Numbered from the stretch's first letter, positions 40,042 to 52,643 are shown. The stretch: 64,000 nt of DNA from Thermodesulfobacteriota bacterium (GCA_964291405.2 OZ219926.1:1632001-1696000), one strand, 5' to 3'. The notes: generated from the sequence alone by a model not told the origin. Translations and numbers: made by a program.

Positions 40042-40632
40042 ATGAGTCGTCATCAAATCCGCTTTATACTGGGTATTACGGTGCTCGGGCTCATCCTTAT
40101 TCTGGGCTATCTCAGCTCTCAAGTGGGAAAAGACCCGGCGACCGCGCGGCTCATCGACGAACTCTCGACCCCGGACGTGACTGAAGAGACGATGGTCCAA
40201 CGCATGACGGAGTTCCGACGGGTGAAGATGCAGGACGGCAAAAAAGTGTGGGAAATTGTGGCCCGACAGGCGCGCTATTTTGCCGACACCAACGCCGTCG
40301 TCATTGACACTCCTGAAGTTTCGCTCTATTTCGGCGATGGCGAAGCGCTCGCATTACGCTGTCAAGAAGGCACAGTCCACCTGGATGGGGAATCAGAATT
40401 ACTCCATATCGATCTCTGGGGCGACCTGGAGATACAGATGGGAGATATTTCCCTAAAAACCGACCAGGCAACCTACGACCGCCAGAAAAACACCATATCC
40501 TCGGACGGGGTCATTCACGTTGTTGGTCAAGGATTTACGCTTGAAGGCAAAGGCTATACGGTCGCTGTTGACACCAAGCAACTGACCCTGAATGCGGAAG
40601 TCTATACAACGGTGACACGGGAGTCCGGATAA
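40042..40632 (+). CDS. lptC: LPS export protein LptC
   Basis: N-terminal TM plus beta-rich domain (WEIVARQARY); located before lptA/lptB. Confidence 0.8.
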   Translation: MSRHQIRFILGITVLGLILILGYLSSQVGKDPATARLIDELSTPDVTEETMVQRMTEFRRVKMQDGKKVWEIVARQARYFADTNAVVIDTPEVSLYFGDGEALALRCQEGTVHLDGESELLHIDLWGDLEIQMGDISLKTDQATYDRQKNTISSDGVIHVVGQGFTLEGKGYTVAVDTKQLTLNAEVYTTVTRESG

Positions 40633-41225
40633 TGCGCTCAACATCGGCAGGGACTGGGTGGGTGGTCTTTCCCTCAATCCTTGCTATCCCCTTGTTCTTG
40701 TCTCCGTTGACGCTGGCAGCCGAGGACGCCCAACAAGGCCCGACCGACCGTACAGTCCAGAATTCGGCCGCGACCTTTGCGGATTCTCTGGCACTCACCT
40801 CGCGAAAAGACCCCATTCATATTCGCTCGCATGACCTCGAGTTCTTCTATGAAGAGAAGCGTATCCAGTACCGCGGGAATGTGGTGGTGACCCAGGGTGA
40901 TATGACATTAAAGAGCGATAGGCTGACTGTGCTGTATGAAGACCCCGCACCGGCAGCCGCGAATACCTCGGCTCAGCAACGGCTCAAGCATATTGTTGCC
41001 GAGGGGAGGGTCGAAATTACTTCCGGCGAACGGCGCGCCACGAGCCGCAAAGCGATTTTTAATCAGAAAAAGCGTACGGTCACGCTCAGGGGGAATGCGG
41101 TTCTTCAGGAGGGTCTCAACCAAGTCAAGGGAGATATCGTGACCGTCTTTCTGGACGAGAACCGCAGTATTGTGAAGGGCGGGAAGGGAAAACGACGAGC
41201 CCAGATGGTCCTTATTCCCGACTAG
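40632..41225 (+). CDS. lptA: LPS transport periplasmic protein LptA
   Basis: PIHIRS, YRGNVVVTQG and LRGNAVLQEG (OstA-like). Confidence 0.88.
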   Translation: MRSTSAGTGWVVFPSILAIPLFLSPLTLAAEDAQQGPTDRTVQNSAATFADSLALTSRKDPIHIRSHDLEFFYEEKRIQYRGNVVVTQGDMTLKSDRLTVLYEDPAPAAANTSAQQRLKHIVAEGRVEITSGERRATSRKAIFNQKKRTVTLRGNAVLQEGLNQVKGDIVTVFLDENRSIVKGGKGKRRAQMVLIPD

Positions 41226-41286
41226 GACGCCAGGGGAGTCGTTGCGGCGAGACCGATCAGAAGGACACGCAGGAGAGAACAACGGA

Positions 41287-42018
41287 GTGAGTAATACGCC
41301 AGTCCTCCAAGCCGAAGGCTTGTGGAAAACCTATGGGAAACGCGCGGTTCTGCGCGATGTCAGCGTGCGCGTCAAAGGCGGCGAAGTGGTGGGCTTACTC
41401 GGTCCCAACGGAGCAGGAAAGACAACGACCTTTTCGATCATCGTCGGTATTATTCGACCCGATAAGGGTGAGGTCTACTATAATGATGACGAGATTACGA
41501 CCTTACCTATGCATAAGCGGGCACGCCGGGGGGTAACCTATCTGCCCCAAGAGCCGTCAGTTTTCCGGAAATTGACCGTAGCGGAAAATGTGATGGCTAT
41601 TCTGGAGACGACATCGCTGAACAAGGCGCAGCGGGAAGAGCGCCTGGCTGAGCTACTGGCAGAGTTGGGGATTAGCCATTTGGCAGCCAATCGGGCGGAT
41701 TCACTCTCTGGAGGAGAGCGACGTCGGGTCGAAATTTCTCGTGCGCTGGTGATGTCACCGGCCTTTATGCTCCTTGACGAACCCTTTGCCGGAATCGATC
41801 CGCTCTCGGTTGTTGATATCCAAGAAATCATCATGCAATTACGCGGACGCGGAATCGGTATTCTTGTCACCGACCACAATGTTAGAGAGACGCTGAGCAT
41901 TTGTGATCGCGCCTATATTCTGAGCGATGGTAGTGTGTTTGAGGAAGGAACACCCCAGGAAATCACGGCGAGCAGTCGCGCCCGAGAGGTCTACCTGGGA
42001 GAGCGCTTCCGCCTCTAG
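41287..42018 (+). CDS. lptB: LPS export ABC ATPase
   Basis: GPNGAGKTT, YLPQEPSVFRKL, LSGGERRRVE and TDHNVRETL. Confidence 0.96.
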   Translation: MSNTPVLQAEGLWKTYGKRAVLRDVSVRVKGGEVVGLLGPNGAGKTTTFSIIVGIIRPDKGEVYYNDDEITTLPMHKRARRGVTYLPQEPSVFRKLTVAENVMAILETTSLNKAQREERLAELLAELGISHLAANRADSLSGGERRRVEISRALVMSPAFMLLDEPFAGIDPLSVVDIQEIIMQLRGRGIGILVTDHNVRETLSICDRAYILSDGSVFEEGTPQEITASSRAREVYLGERFRL

Positions 42019-42043
42019 TGACTGAAGACAAGGGTAGAGTTGT

Positions 42044-43501
42044 ATGGGGTTAGACCTCAGACTGACTCAGAAGTTGACCCAAAAACTGGTGATGACGCCC
42101 CAGTTGCGTCAAGCCATCAAAATTCTGCAACTGCCCCGCGGCGAGCTGGATACGCTCATTGATGAAGAGTTGGCGGAGAATCCGATCATTGAACGCGTGA
42201 CCGAGGACGAGGCTATTTTTGATGACGGCCGCGGCCAGGGCGAAGAACCCACCCAGGCCGCTACGCAAGACGCGAACGCGGAAAAGGACCAGATTGACTG
42301 GCAGACCTATCTCAGCACCTATAATAACAATAATGACATACTGGCTCCTCCTCCAACTGGAGATGAAGACGCGGATGGTGAGCGTCAAAATGCTCCAGAG
42401 GATCGCTTGCCCCGCGCAGAGTCGCTGGCCGAACATCTCACCTGGCAGCTACGCTTCCGCACTCTGACAGAAACAGAAGAACATCTCGCCTCTCTGATCA
42501 TAGGGAACCTGGACGTTGACGGCTATCTGGAGGCCAGTGTCGAGGAACTCGCAGATAGCGCAGACGCTAGTCCTGAGGAGGTTGAACGGGTCTTGCGGAT
42601 TGTTCAGTCGTGCGACCCGATTGGAGTCGGCGCCCGAGACCTCCAGGAATGCCTGCTGTTACAACTGCACACTGCTCGGCACGAGGGAGAAGCGGTTGAA
42701 GAATCCTTACTCCGTTTAACCACAACGATCGTCCATCACTATCTCCAGACCCTTGAAGGGCGGCGGTATGACCGACTGGCAAAAGCGCTCAACGTCCCGA
42801 CGGAAATAATCCAGCGGGCGATCAAGCTCATTACGGCCCTTGAACCCAAACCCGGGCGCAATTACGGTGACGGAGATATCCGCTATGTCACCCCGGACGT
42901 GTATGTCCATAAGATCGGAGATGAGTATCGGGTGACGCTCAACGAAGAGGGTCTACCGCGTCTCAAAGTGAGTAATGCATATCGCCATTTACTCACCCAA
43001 GAGGGCGAGGCAAAAGAGTATGTCCAGGAGAAACTGCGGGCGGCAGCCTGGCTGATTAAGAGTATTCACCAACGCCAGCGGACCTTGCTCATGGTCGCCG
43101 AGAGTCTGATAAAATTTCAGCAGGATTTTCTGAATCATGGTATTTCCCAGATGCGTCCACTGGTGTTGCGCGATGTTGCGGATGACATCGGCGCTCATGA
43201 GTCAACGGTCAGTCGGGCCATTGCGGGCAAGTATATTGCCACGCCACGCGGGTTGTACCCGCTCAAAAAATTCTTCACCACAGGGCTGAAGAGCCACTAT
43301 GGACAAGCCGTTTCGGCAGAAAGCGTAAAGGCCCAAATTCGAGCACTGATTGATCAGGAAGACCCCTACAAACCCCTGAGTGATGAAGAAATTGCAAAAA
43401 CGCTGTCCCGCAGTCATATCAAGATTGCCCGCCGGACCGTTGCCAAGTATAGAGAGGGCCTCAACATTCTTTCCTCTGCCAAGCGGAAGTACGCCCGCTA
43501 G
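42044..43501 (+). CDS. rpoN: RNA polymerase sigma-54
   Basis: MTPQLRQAIKILQL, HESTVSR and RpoN box ARRTVAKYRE. Confidence 0.97.
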   Translation: MGLDLRLTQKLTQKLVMTPQLRQAIKILQLPRGELDTLIDEELAENPIIERVTEDEAIFDDGRGQGEEPTQAATQDANAEKDQIDWQTYLSTYNNNNDILAPPPTGDEDADGERQNAPEDRLPRAESLAEHLTWQLRFRTLTETEEHLASLIIGNLDVDGYLEASVEELADSADASPEEVERVLRIVQSCDPIGVGARDLQECLLLQLHTARHEGEAVEESLLRLTTTIVHHYLQTLEGRRYDRLAKALNVPTEIIQRAIKLITALEPKPGRNYGDGDIRYVTPDVYVHKIGDEYRVTLNEEGLPRLKVSNAYRHLLTQEGEAKEYVQEKLRAAAWLIKSIHQRQRTLLMVAESLIKFQQDFLNHGISQMRPLVLRDVADDIGAHESTVSRAIAGKYIATPRGLYPLKKFFTTGLKSHYGQAVSAESVKAQIRALIDQEDPYKPLSDEEIAKTLSRSHIKIARRTVAKYREGLNILSSAKRKYAR

Positions 43502-43534
43502 GCGACAGTCCTATTCGTAATAAGGAACACTCCC

Positions 43535-43996
43535 ATGCGTGTCGTTGATATCCTCAGCCAAGAATCCATTCTCCCCCAGCTCCAGGGTCGTACAAAGACC
43601 GATGTCCTCCGTGAGCTCGCCCAGCACCTCGCCCAGCACACGCCCGGTGTCGACGCCGAGCAGTTAGTCGCCGTTCTCCTGGACCGGGAACGTCTCGGCA
43701 CAACGGCTATTGGCGAAGGCATTGCCATACCGCACGGGAAGTTGGCTGGACTCAAAGATGTCGTCGCCGTTTTTGGCCTGAGTCCACACGGGGTAGACTG
43801 TAGCTCTCTTGATGGCGGGCTGACACGACTGTTCTTTTTGCTGGTTGCGCCAGAGGATTCTGCCGGCGTCCACCTCAAGGCCCTGGCCCGGGTCTCTCGC
43901 CTCTTGAAAGACAAGGCGTTTCGAGAACGCTTGCTCCAAGGCGGCAGCCAAGCAGATTTACACCAGATGATCTGTGAGGAAGATAGCAATCTTTAG
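43535..43996 (+). CDS. ptsN: PTS EIIA-Ntr
   Basis: RERLGTTAIGEGIAIPH and HLKALA. Confidence 0.92.
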   Translation: MRVVDILSQESILPQLQGRTKTDVLRELAQHLAQHTPGVDAEQLVAVLLDRERLGTTAIGEGIAIPHGKLAGLKDVVAVFGLSPHGVDCSSLDGGLTRLFFLLVAPEDSAGVHLKALARVSRLLKDKAFRERLLQGGSQADLHQMICEEDSNL

Positions 43997-44025
43997 TAGG
44001 GATATAGCACCCGGCAAGGACAGCT

Positions 44026-44898
44026 ATGCAGGTCGTTGTCGTTACGGGCTTATCAGGCTCGGGGAAAAGTACCGCAATCCGCGTCCTTGAGGATCGTGGA
44101 TTCTACTGTATCGATAATCTACCGGTCACGCTCATCCCCCGATTTCTTGAGCTCAGCGAAAATAATCAGGAACATATTGGCCGCGTGGCCCTAGGTATCG
44201 ATCTGCGCGAGCGTATTTTTCTGCACGAATATCCGACGGTCCTTGAAGGACTGCGCAAACAGGGCCACCAGATCAGAATTCTGTATTTTGAAGCCAGCGC
44301 CGACGTCCTCGTGCGGCGCTTTAGCGAAACCCGCCGTCCCCACCCTGCTGCCGGAGACGGGGGAGTCCTCCAAGGGATTCGGACCGAAGAGGAACAGCTC
44401 GCCGGACTGCGCGCAACGGCCGACCTAGTTATGGATACGTCTGCGTATACCGTGCACGAGCTCCGGGAGGCCCTCCTTCAACATATTGAACGCTATCCCC
44501 ACTCCCAACAGCCCTTACTCATTACCGTCGAGTCGTTTGGCTATAAATACGGAGTGCCCATTGATGCCGATATTATGCTGGACGTCCGTTTTCTGCCCAA
44601 TCCCTTTTTTGTTGATGCCCTCCGGCACAAGACCGGTACGGAGCGCGCCGTCATAGAATTCGTCCTCGGCCAAGAGGAGACCGTTCTCTTTTTGAGCCAG
44701 ATGTCGGCCTTACTCAAATCGACGCTTCCTCTGTATGCCAGAGAAGGCAAAAGCTATCTCACTCTGGCCATTGGGTGTACGGGTGGCCAGCACCGCTCGG
44801 TCGTCATCGCCGAAGAATTGGGCAGACAGCTTCAAGCGTGGGCCTATACCGTTCGTATTCAGCATCGCGACAGGCAACGGCAAAGTACACCGGCATGA
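44026..44898 (+). CDS. rapZ: RNase adapter RapZ
   Basis: [17 protein letters not shown] and GCTGGQHRSV. Confidence 0.95.
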   Translation: MQVVVVTGLSGSGKSTAIRVLEDRGFYCIDNLPVTLIPRFLELSENNQEHIGRVALGIDLRERIFLHEYPTVLEGLRKQGHQIRILYFEASADVLVRRFSETRRPHPAAGDGGVLQGIRTEEEQLAGLRATADLVMDTSAYTVHELREALLQHIERYPHSQQPLLITVESFGYKYGVPIDADIMLDVRFLPNPFFVDALRHKTGTERAVIEFVLGQEETVLFLSQMSALLKSTLPLYAREGKSYLTLAIGCTGGQHRSVVIAEELGRQLQAWAYTVRIQHRDRQRQSTPA

Positions 44899-45170
44899 CC
44901 TCCCACCTCCAAACCCGGCTCACCCTGCTCAACGCAATGGGCTTACACGCCCGCGCGGCGGCGGCTTTCGTCAAGGCCCTCAAGGACCTCGAGGTTGAGG
45001 TCACCGTCAGTTGGGAGGGACAAACGGCGAATGGACGCAGCGTCCTCGACCTGTTAACCCTCGGTGCTCCGCAGGGCAGCGTTCTTGAGCTCCAGATTCA
45101 GGGCGTGGATGCAGACGAGGCGCTCTCGACCCTCACCCGCCTCGTCGCCAATCGCTTTGACGAAGAATAA
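44895..45170 (+). CDS. ptsH: HPr/NPr phosphocarrier
   Basis: GLHARAA (His15) and NGRSVL (Ser46); ATG overlaps the rapZ stop. Confidence 0.9.
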   Translation: MTSHLQTRLTLLNAMGLHARAAAAFVKALKDLEVEVTVSWEGQTANGRSVLDLLTLGAPQGSVLELQIQGVDADEALSTLTRLVANRFDEE

Positions 45171-45280
45171 ATGCGCTCTTCCGGACAGCCGCTTTCTACC
45201 CCTTGACGCTCAGAAGGGGATTCTATTATATGCGCCCAGCCGTTTAGGGTACGGGCAGCATCACGCCAAGGAGAAAAACT

Positions 45281-46468
45281 ATGACGGGGAAAGAGTATTT
45301 ATTCACGTCCGAATCGGTGTCAGAGGGTCACCCGGACAAAATGTGTGATCAGATCTCGGACGGCATCCTGGACGCCTTACTCGAACAAGACCCGGAGAGT
45401 CGTGTGGCGTGCGAAACGCTGGTCAAAACCGGTATGATCGTTGTGGCGGGTGAAGTCACGACCAAAGCCCAGACCAGCTATCATTTTGTCATGGATGTCG
45501 CCCGCCAGATCGTGCGTGACATCGGCTTCACCGACTCTTCCCTCGGTTTTGACGCCGACACCTGCTCCGTGTTGACCGCGCTCAGCCAGCAGTCTGAGGA
45601 CATTGATCAGGGGGTATCCGAGGGGAAAGGTCTCCACAAGGAACAGGGCGCGGGCGATCAGGGTATGATGTTCGGCTTTGCCTGTGACGAAACCAAAGAC
45701 TATATGCCGTTTCCCATTTATACGGCCCACCGTCTGGTCCAGGAAATGGCTGAAATACGGAAAAGAGGCGAGTTGCCTTTCCTGCGGCCGGACAGCAAGT
45801 CGCAGGTGACGGTGGAATACCAAGATGGCAAACCGGTTCGCGCCGATACGGTCCTGATCTCAACCCAGCACGATCCTGACGCGGCCTATGACACGATCAG
45901 AGAGGCCATTGTTGAAGAAGTCGTGAAACGCGTCATTCCACCGGAGTTTTTGGATCAGAAGACAACGTTTCTGGTGAATCCGACTGGGCGTTTTGTCAAC
46001 GGCGGCCCGTACGCAGACTGCGGCCTCACCGGACGGAAAATTATCGTCGACACCTATGGCGGCTACGGCCGACATGGCGGTGGCGCGTTTTCGGGCAAAG
46101 ACCCCAGCAAGGTAGACCGCTCAGCCGCCTATATGGCGCGCTATATTGCCAAGAATCTTGTGGCCGCGGGTTTGGCCACACGCTGCGAAGTACAACTCGC
46201 CTATGCGATCGGCGTGGCAGAACCGGTTGGCGTCTATGTTGATACCTTCGGCACGGGTGTCTTACCGGAGGAACGCATATCCGCAATCGTCCGTCAGGAG
46301 TTCGATCTTCGACCCGCTGCCATTATTCAGACACTCGATTTGAAACGTCCTATTTATCGGGAGACTGCGGCCTATGGCCATTTCGGCCGGCCAGCAGAGA
46401 ACGGCTTCTTCCCCTGGGAGCGGATTGACCGTGTCGAGACCCTCAAGCGTGCAGCGACAACCGCATAG
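45281..46468 (+). CDS. metK: S-adenosylmethionine synthetase
   Basis: [19 protein letters not shown] and GGGAFSGKD. Confidence 0.98.
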   Translation: MTGKEYLFTSESVSEGHPDKMCDQISDGILDALLEQDPESRVACETLVKTGMIVVAGEVTTKAQTSYHFVMDVARQIVRDIGFTDSSLGFDADTCSVLTALSQQSEDIDQGVSEGKGLHKEQGAGDQGMMFGFACDETKDYMPFPIYTAHRLVQEMAEIRKRGELPFLRPDSKSQVTVEYQDGKPVRADTVLISTQHDPDAAYDTIREAIVEEVVKRVIPPEFLDQKTTFLVNPTGRFVNGGPYADCGLTGRKIIVDTYGGYGRHGGGAFSGKDPSKVDRSAAYMARYIAKNLVAAGLATRCEVQLAYAIGVAEPVGVYVDTFGTGVLPEERISAIVRQEFDLRPAAIIQTLDLKRPIYRETAAYGHFGRPAENGFFPWERIDRVETLKRAATTA

Positions 46469-46474
46469 CCATAA

Positions 46475-47773
<1,299 letters not shown>

Positions 47774-47782
47774 GTTCTACCC

Positions 47783-48961
47783 ATGGTCGGTGGGGTGTTT
47801 CGGTGGATGCTGGGGGCGGTGCTTCTTACGAGCGTAGCCCCCTTCGCCTTTGCCCTCTCCCCGCCCCGTCCCGCTCTCGAAGAAATACGGCATACCTCAG
47901 TCCCGGATTACACCCGGGTCATTATTACCCTCTCGGACCGAGCAGACTATAACCACTTCCGGGTTGCGGCCAACCAAGCGCATGACCGACCGCCCCGTAT
48001 TGTCATCGATTTCTCCTCAACGCGTATTGCTCCTCGCCTGCGGGCGCCCATTCCCGTGGATGACGGCCTGCTCAAACGTATCCGGACGGGTCAGTTCTCG
48101 CCAACCACCGCCCGGGTCGTGCTCGATTTGGAACAGATTGAGAGCTATACCGCTTTTCCGCTCTACTCTCCGTATCGACTCATTATTGATGTCAAAGGGA
48201 AGAGCAAGAAAGCACCACCGCACCAACAGGCCAGACAATCACGAGCGCCCCCAACCCCTCAATACCGAATTATGATTGACCCTGGGCACGGTGGCCGCGA
48301 CCCAGGCGCGGTCGGTGTTAACGGTCTCAAGGAAAAAACCGTGGTTCTTGCCATCAGCAAAAAGCTGGGTAAAAAGCTGGAGTCCCGTCTTCCGGTTAAA
48401 GTATTCTATACGCGAGAGAAGGATGTCTTTGTTCCGCTGCCGGAACGCACCGCCCAAGCCAATGCGGTAAAGGCCGACCTTTTTCTTTCGATCCATGCCA
48501 ATGCAAGTGAAAATCCTCGTCTCCAAGGAGTGGAGACCTATCATCTGAATAACACCGATGATCGTGCCACTATCCGGTTGGCCAACTTTGAAAATGGCCT
48601 GCAACACCTGCGACAACCGCCGCAGGTAGGAAGCGAATTATCCGAGATTGTGAGTGATATGATCCATAATGACAAATTAGAGGGGTCGGTTATCCTTGCC
48701 CATGTCCTTCAGTCCTCTATGATGACCCAGGTTACCAAACGTCATACACGGGCACGTAACCTTGGGGTAAAAAAAGGACCGTTCTACGTGCTCGTTGGAG
48801 CGGAGATGCCGTGTGTACTCGCCGAAGTGTCATTTCTGACGCACCGCGTCCAGGGTCGGCTGTTGCGCTCCTCGGACTATCGGGAAGCCATAGCGGAAGG
48901 ACTTTTTCAAGGGATTGCCCGATTTATCAAAGAAGAGTTACCACGTATGGAAAGCCTATGA
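47783..48961 (+). CDS. amiC: N-acetylmuramoyl-L-alanine amidase (AMIN + Amidase_3, AmiC-like)
   Basis: Signal peptide, AMIN RVVLD, IDPGHGGRDPGA and SIHANA. Confidence 0.88.
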   Translation: MVGGVFRWMLGAVLLTSVAPFAFALSPPRPALEEIRHTSVPDYTRVIITLSDRADYNHFRVAANQAHDRPPRIVIDFSSTRIAPRLRAPIPVDDGLLKRIRTGQFSPTTARVVLDLEQIESYTAFPLYSPYRLIIDVKGKSKKAPPHQQARQSRAPPTPQYRIMIDPGHGGRDPGAVGVNGLKEKTVVLAISKKLGKKLESRLPVKVFYTREKDVFVPLPERTAQANAVKADLFLSIHANASENPRLQGVETYHLNNTDDRATIRLANFENGLQHLRQPPQVGSELSEIVSDMIHNDKLEGSVILAHVLQSSMMTQVTKRHTRARNLGVKKGPFYVLVGAEMPCVLAEVSFLTHRVQGRLLRSSDYREAIAEGLFQGIARFIKEELPRMESL

Positions 48962-48990
48962 ATCCGCCTCGTCAAGAAAGATAGCGTATA

Positions 48991-51699
48991 ATGGATACCG
49001 ATCAGCAATACCCGCCCCCTGGTCTCATTGAGCTACCGCCCCTCCCTTCGTCAGACCCGGATGTGGAACTTGATCCCGATTGGAACCTCAGTCGGATTGC
49101 CAGCACCTATCGCACCCAGGTCCACGAGTTGCTGATACAGCATCAGGCGGAGAGCCAGAGTGGACGCTCCGTGGTCGAGTTCCACACCGCCCTGATCGAT
49201 CAGTTCGTGCGGTATGTCTTTACTGCCGCGACCCGTCTCTACACGCGTCGCTATACCAGCCTCAGCCAACGCTGTAGTCTGTTTGCCCTGGGTGGCTATG
49301 GTCGAGGCGAGTTGAATCCGCATTCTGACATTGATTTGCTTTTTCTCTACCACTGGAAAATCACCCCCTATGCCGAGACGGTGTGGGAAACTCTGTATTA
49401 CAGTCTGATGGACGCAGGCTGGACGGTCGGCCACGCGGTCCGCAATATTCGGGAATGCCTCCGGCATGCGAGTCGGGATCTCGAAATTAAAACCTCCCTG
49501 CTCGATAGTCGCTATCTGTGTGGGGAAGAGTCCCTAGCCCGTGAGTTTCAGACCGCCATGAACCGAGACCTGGTGGAGAAGAGGACTGAACAGTTTTTTC
49601 AGGCAAAGGCCGAAGAGAGCCACGTCCGCCACCAGCGCCACGGCAATTCGCTCTATCTGCTCGAACCAAACCTGAAAGAGGGCTGTGGCGGGTTGCGCGA
49701 TTTGCATACCGCCTGGTGGTTGGCCAAAGTGAAATTCAAGCTCACCAACTGGCGCGAGCTCATCGTCAAAGGCGTTGTCTCGGAATCGACCCTGGCCGCG
49801 GTAGAAGCAGCCCAGGATTTCTTGTGGCGGGTGCGGAACGGACTCCATCTTCTTGAGCGAACAGAGCAGGACAAGTTGACCTTTGAGCATCAAGATCAGC
49901 TCGCCCCGGCGTGCGGTTTTTCGGACACCACCCAGTTCATGCGGACCTACTACCAACACGTCACAACCATTCACGATTTTACCCGGTTCATGTTTGAGCG
50001 CTGTGTCACACCGTCGCGACTCTTCAACTTCTTGGGTCGTCCGCGGGGTCGGGACATCCGTGAGGGAATCCGTATTGTTGACCAGACCCTGCATGTGACT
50101 AAGCCCGAAATGCTCACCCAGGAGCCGCTCAATCTCGTGACGCTCTTCCATGACGCTCAACGTCACGGAGTCACGTGTACCCGTGAAACCAAGCAGGTGA
50201 TTCGTCAGGCGCTGACCAAGCTCCCACCGGAATCGGCCAGTCACCCCGATGTGCGGGATGCCTTTCTCACCATCTTATCCTGGAAGCAGCGGGTTGCCCC
50301 AACCCTGCACGCGATGCACGAAGTCGGCCTGCTCGAATGGCTGTTACCCGAGTTTGGTCATTTACGCTGGCGAACGCAGCGCGACCTGTACCATATCTAT
50401 GCCATCGACGAGCATACACTGCACGGCGTGGCAGAACTCGAACGCTTGCGCGACGGCGAATATAAAGAAAGTCTGCCGCTCCTGACCCAGGTCATGCGTG
50501 AGATTGACCGGGTAGACCTCTTATTCTTGTCAATGCTCTTCCATGATGTGGGTAAGGGATTCGGCGTTGAGCACTCCGCCCGGAGTGCCGAGATGGTGGA
50601 CGCGGCCGCCAGACGCTGGCAACTGCCGCCAGATGAGGCGCATGAGTGGCAGGTCCTCGTCCGCCAGCATCTCTTTATGTCTCATATTGCCCAGCGGCGC
50701 GATCTTTCAGACGACGCGCAAATTGCCGATTTCGCCCGGACGGTAGAGAATCCCGGGTGCCTGAAGAGGCTCTATCTGCTGACGTTCGCCGATATGAAGG
50801 CCGTTGGCCCCAAGGTCTGGAATAGCTGGAAGGGGGGACTCCTCAATGAACTCTATCTACGCACCTTGGAGCGATTGGAAACGGGAGCGCTTGTTGAGGA
50901 GGATCAAGACGCACGCCTCCAGCGCCGGAAAGATCGCATTCGACAGCGCCTAGCTGCAGAAGCAGTGGTCGATCAGCTCTCCCAGTTCCTGACTGCAATG
51001 CCGGATAGTTATTTCCTGACGACCCCGGAGGATGCGGTTCCAGAGCATTTTCAACTCATGAGCCGTTTTGTCCAGGCAGAGGCTGAAGCTCCCTACCGCG
51101 CCAGCCTGCACCACTTTCCAGAGCAGGAATATAGTGAATTCACCCTGGTCACCCGTGATCGCCCAGGGCTCTTTTCCATGCTCGCTGGTGTTCTCACCGT
51201 CAGCAGCCTCAGTATCTCCGGAGCGCGTATTGCCACCAGCCAGCAAGGTATTGCTTTAGATGTCTTTCGGCTGTCGCACCTGGACCGCCAAGACATGCTG
51301 CTCTCGGAAGATACCTGGGCCCGATTTTATACGCGGCTGAACGCCGTCTTATACGGTGAGCGAACAGTTGAGGACCTGCTTCAGGCGGCCAGGCCACCGG
51401 CGTTTCTGCAACGCTCCCGCCCGCGCCTGCGGACCGAGATTACGATTGATAACACCACGTCGCCAACCTACACCCTGGTCGATGTCACAGCGCTTGACCG
51501 GATTGGACTCTTATTCGAGGTGACCCACGCCTTGTTCCAACTCGACCTTGTGATCCACCTAGCGAAGATCACAACCAATGTCGATCAGGTTCTTGATGTA
51601 TTCTACGTGACTGATGGGACAGGCGCGAAAGTTGGGAATCCCGATCAGGTGCTGGCAGAGCTGCAAGGTCGGCTGCGTAGCCATGAGGAAGCGGCATGA
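48991..51699 (+). CDS. glnD: [Protein-PII] uridylyltransferase
   Basis: ALGGYGRGELNPHSDID, EPNLKEGCGGLRD, HD domain HDVGKG and two ACT domains. Confidence 0.96.
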   Translation: MDTDQQYPPPGLIELPPLPSSDPDVELDPDWNLSRIASTYRTQVHELLIQHQAESQSGRSVVEFHTALIDQFVRYVFTAATRLYTRRYTSLSQRCSLFALGGYGRGELNPHSDIDLLFLYHWKITPYAETVWETLYYSLMDAGWTVGHAVRNIRECLRHASRDLEIKTSLLDSRYLCGEESLAREFQTAMNRDLVEKRTEQFFQAKAEESHVRHQRHGNSLYLLEPNLKEGCGGLRDLHTAWWLAKVKFKLTNWRELIVKGVVSESTLAAVEAAQDFLWRVRNGLHLLERTEQDKLTFEHQDQLAPACGFSDTTQFMRTYYQHVTTIHDFTRFMFERCVTPSRLFNFLGRPRGRDIREGIRIVDQTLHVTKPEMLTQEPLNLVTLFHDAQRHGVTCTRETKQVIRQALTKLPPESASHPDVRDAFLTILSWKQRVAPTLHAMHEVGLLEWLLPEFGHLRWRTQRDLYHIYAIDEHTLHGVAELERLRDGEYKESLPLLTQVMREIDRVDLLFLSMLFHDVGKGFGVEHSARSAEMVDAAARRWQLPPDEAHEWQVLVRQHLFMSHIAQRRDLSDDAQIADFARTVENPGCLKRLYLLTFADMKAVGPKVWNSWKGGLLNELYLRTLERLETGALVEEDQDARLQRRKDRIRQRLAAEAVVDQLSQFLTAMPDSYFLTTPEDAVPEHFQLMSRFVQAEAEAPYRASLHHFPEQEYSEFTLVTRDRPGLFSMLAGVLTVSSLSISGARIATSQQGIALDVFRLSHLDRQDMLLSEDTWARFYTRLNAVLYGERTVEDLLQAARPPAFLQRSRPRLRTEITIDNTTSPTYTLVDVTALDRIGLLFEVTHALFQLDLVIHLAKITTNVDQVLDVFYVTDGTGAKVGNPDQVLAELQGRLRSHEEAA

Positions 51700-52643
51700 C
51701 TCAGCCTGCCGTTGCTCGCCAGGCCTCCCCCTCTCACCAAAATAGTGCCCAGAGTGACGCCCTGCTTGACACCTTTCTGGGGCATCTCACCGTAGAAAAG
51801 GGCTTAACGCCGCGCACGGTAGAGGTCTACAGTCGGGACCTCCACCGGTTCTGCGCCTATTTATCGACCCAAGATATTGCGGACGTCAGACAGGCCGGTT
51901 CGCGCCATATCGTTGGCTTTCTCAGCGCCCTGCACGATCAGGGAGTGTCAACCCGTACCCAATCCCGAGTCTTAACCGCACTACGCGGCTTGTACCGCTT
52001 CCTCCAACGAGAAAACGAACTGCCCGGGAAGAATCCAACCGCCCTGCTCCATCTGCCCAAGTTTGGTCGCGCCCTGCCACACGTCCCTTCCCAGCAACAG
52101 GTAGACACGCTCATATCGGTGCCAGATGCAGCGACCCCGCTCGGCATGCGGAACCAGACCATGCTCGAAGTGTTATACGCGACAGGCCTGCGCGTCTCCG
52201 AACTGGTTCAGCTGACAGTCTCTCAGGTCAACCGGGAAGCGGGATTCGTCCGGGTGCGGGGCAAGGGCAATAGAGAACGCCTCGTCCCCCTGGGGACTCG
52301 GGCGCTCTCGCAGCTCCAGCGCTATCTCGACACCGTTCGCCCGGTTCTGCTGAAGCAGCGCAGCAGCGACTATATCTTCCTGACTCGCTCCGGGAAGCCG
52401 CTGACCCGTCAAGCATTCTGGGCGATGATCAAAGGTTATACCAAGCACAATCCTGAAAGCGGCCCCGTCTATCCCCACTCCCTGCGACACGCCTTTGCAA
52501 CGCATCTCCTGGAGGGTGGAGCGGACCTACGAGCGGTCCAGTCCATGCTGGGGCACGTCGATATCGCCACAACGCAAATCTACACCCACCTGGCGAGCGC
52601 CCGCTTACGCGAGGTACACCGAAAGTATCATCCGCGCGGCTGA
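51696..52643 (+). CDS. xerD: Site-specific tyrosine recombinase XerD
   Basis: LYATGLRVSEL, GKGNRERLVP, HSLRHAFATHLL, LGH...TTQIYTH and HPRG end. Confidence 0.93.
   Translation: MTQPAVARQASPSHQNSAQSDALLDTFLGHLTVEKGLTPRTVEVYSRDLHRFCAYLSTQDIADVRQAGSRHIVGFLSALHDQGVSTRTQSRVLTALRGLYRFLQRENELPGKNPTALLHLPKFGRALPHVPSQQQVDTLISVPDAATPLGMRNQTMLEVLYATGLRVSELVQLTVSQVNREAGFVRVRGKGNRERLVPLGTRALSQLQRYLDTVRPVLLKQRSSDYIFLTRSGKPLTRQAFWAMIKGYTKHNPESGPVYPHSLRHAFATHLLEGGADLRAVQSMLGHVDIATTQIYTHLASARLREVHRKYHPRG

Noticed and set aside
45171-45280. SAM riboswitch before metK
   Set aside because: The leader after the apparent promoter is only about 45 nt and lacks recognisable SAM riboswitch cores.
51696-52643. Tyrosine recombinase as the integrase of a mobile element
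   Set aside because: XerD signatures and housekeeping context (coupled to glnD); no att sites or cargo.
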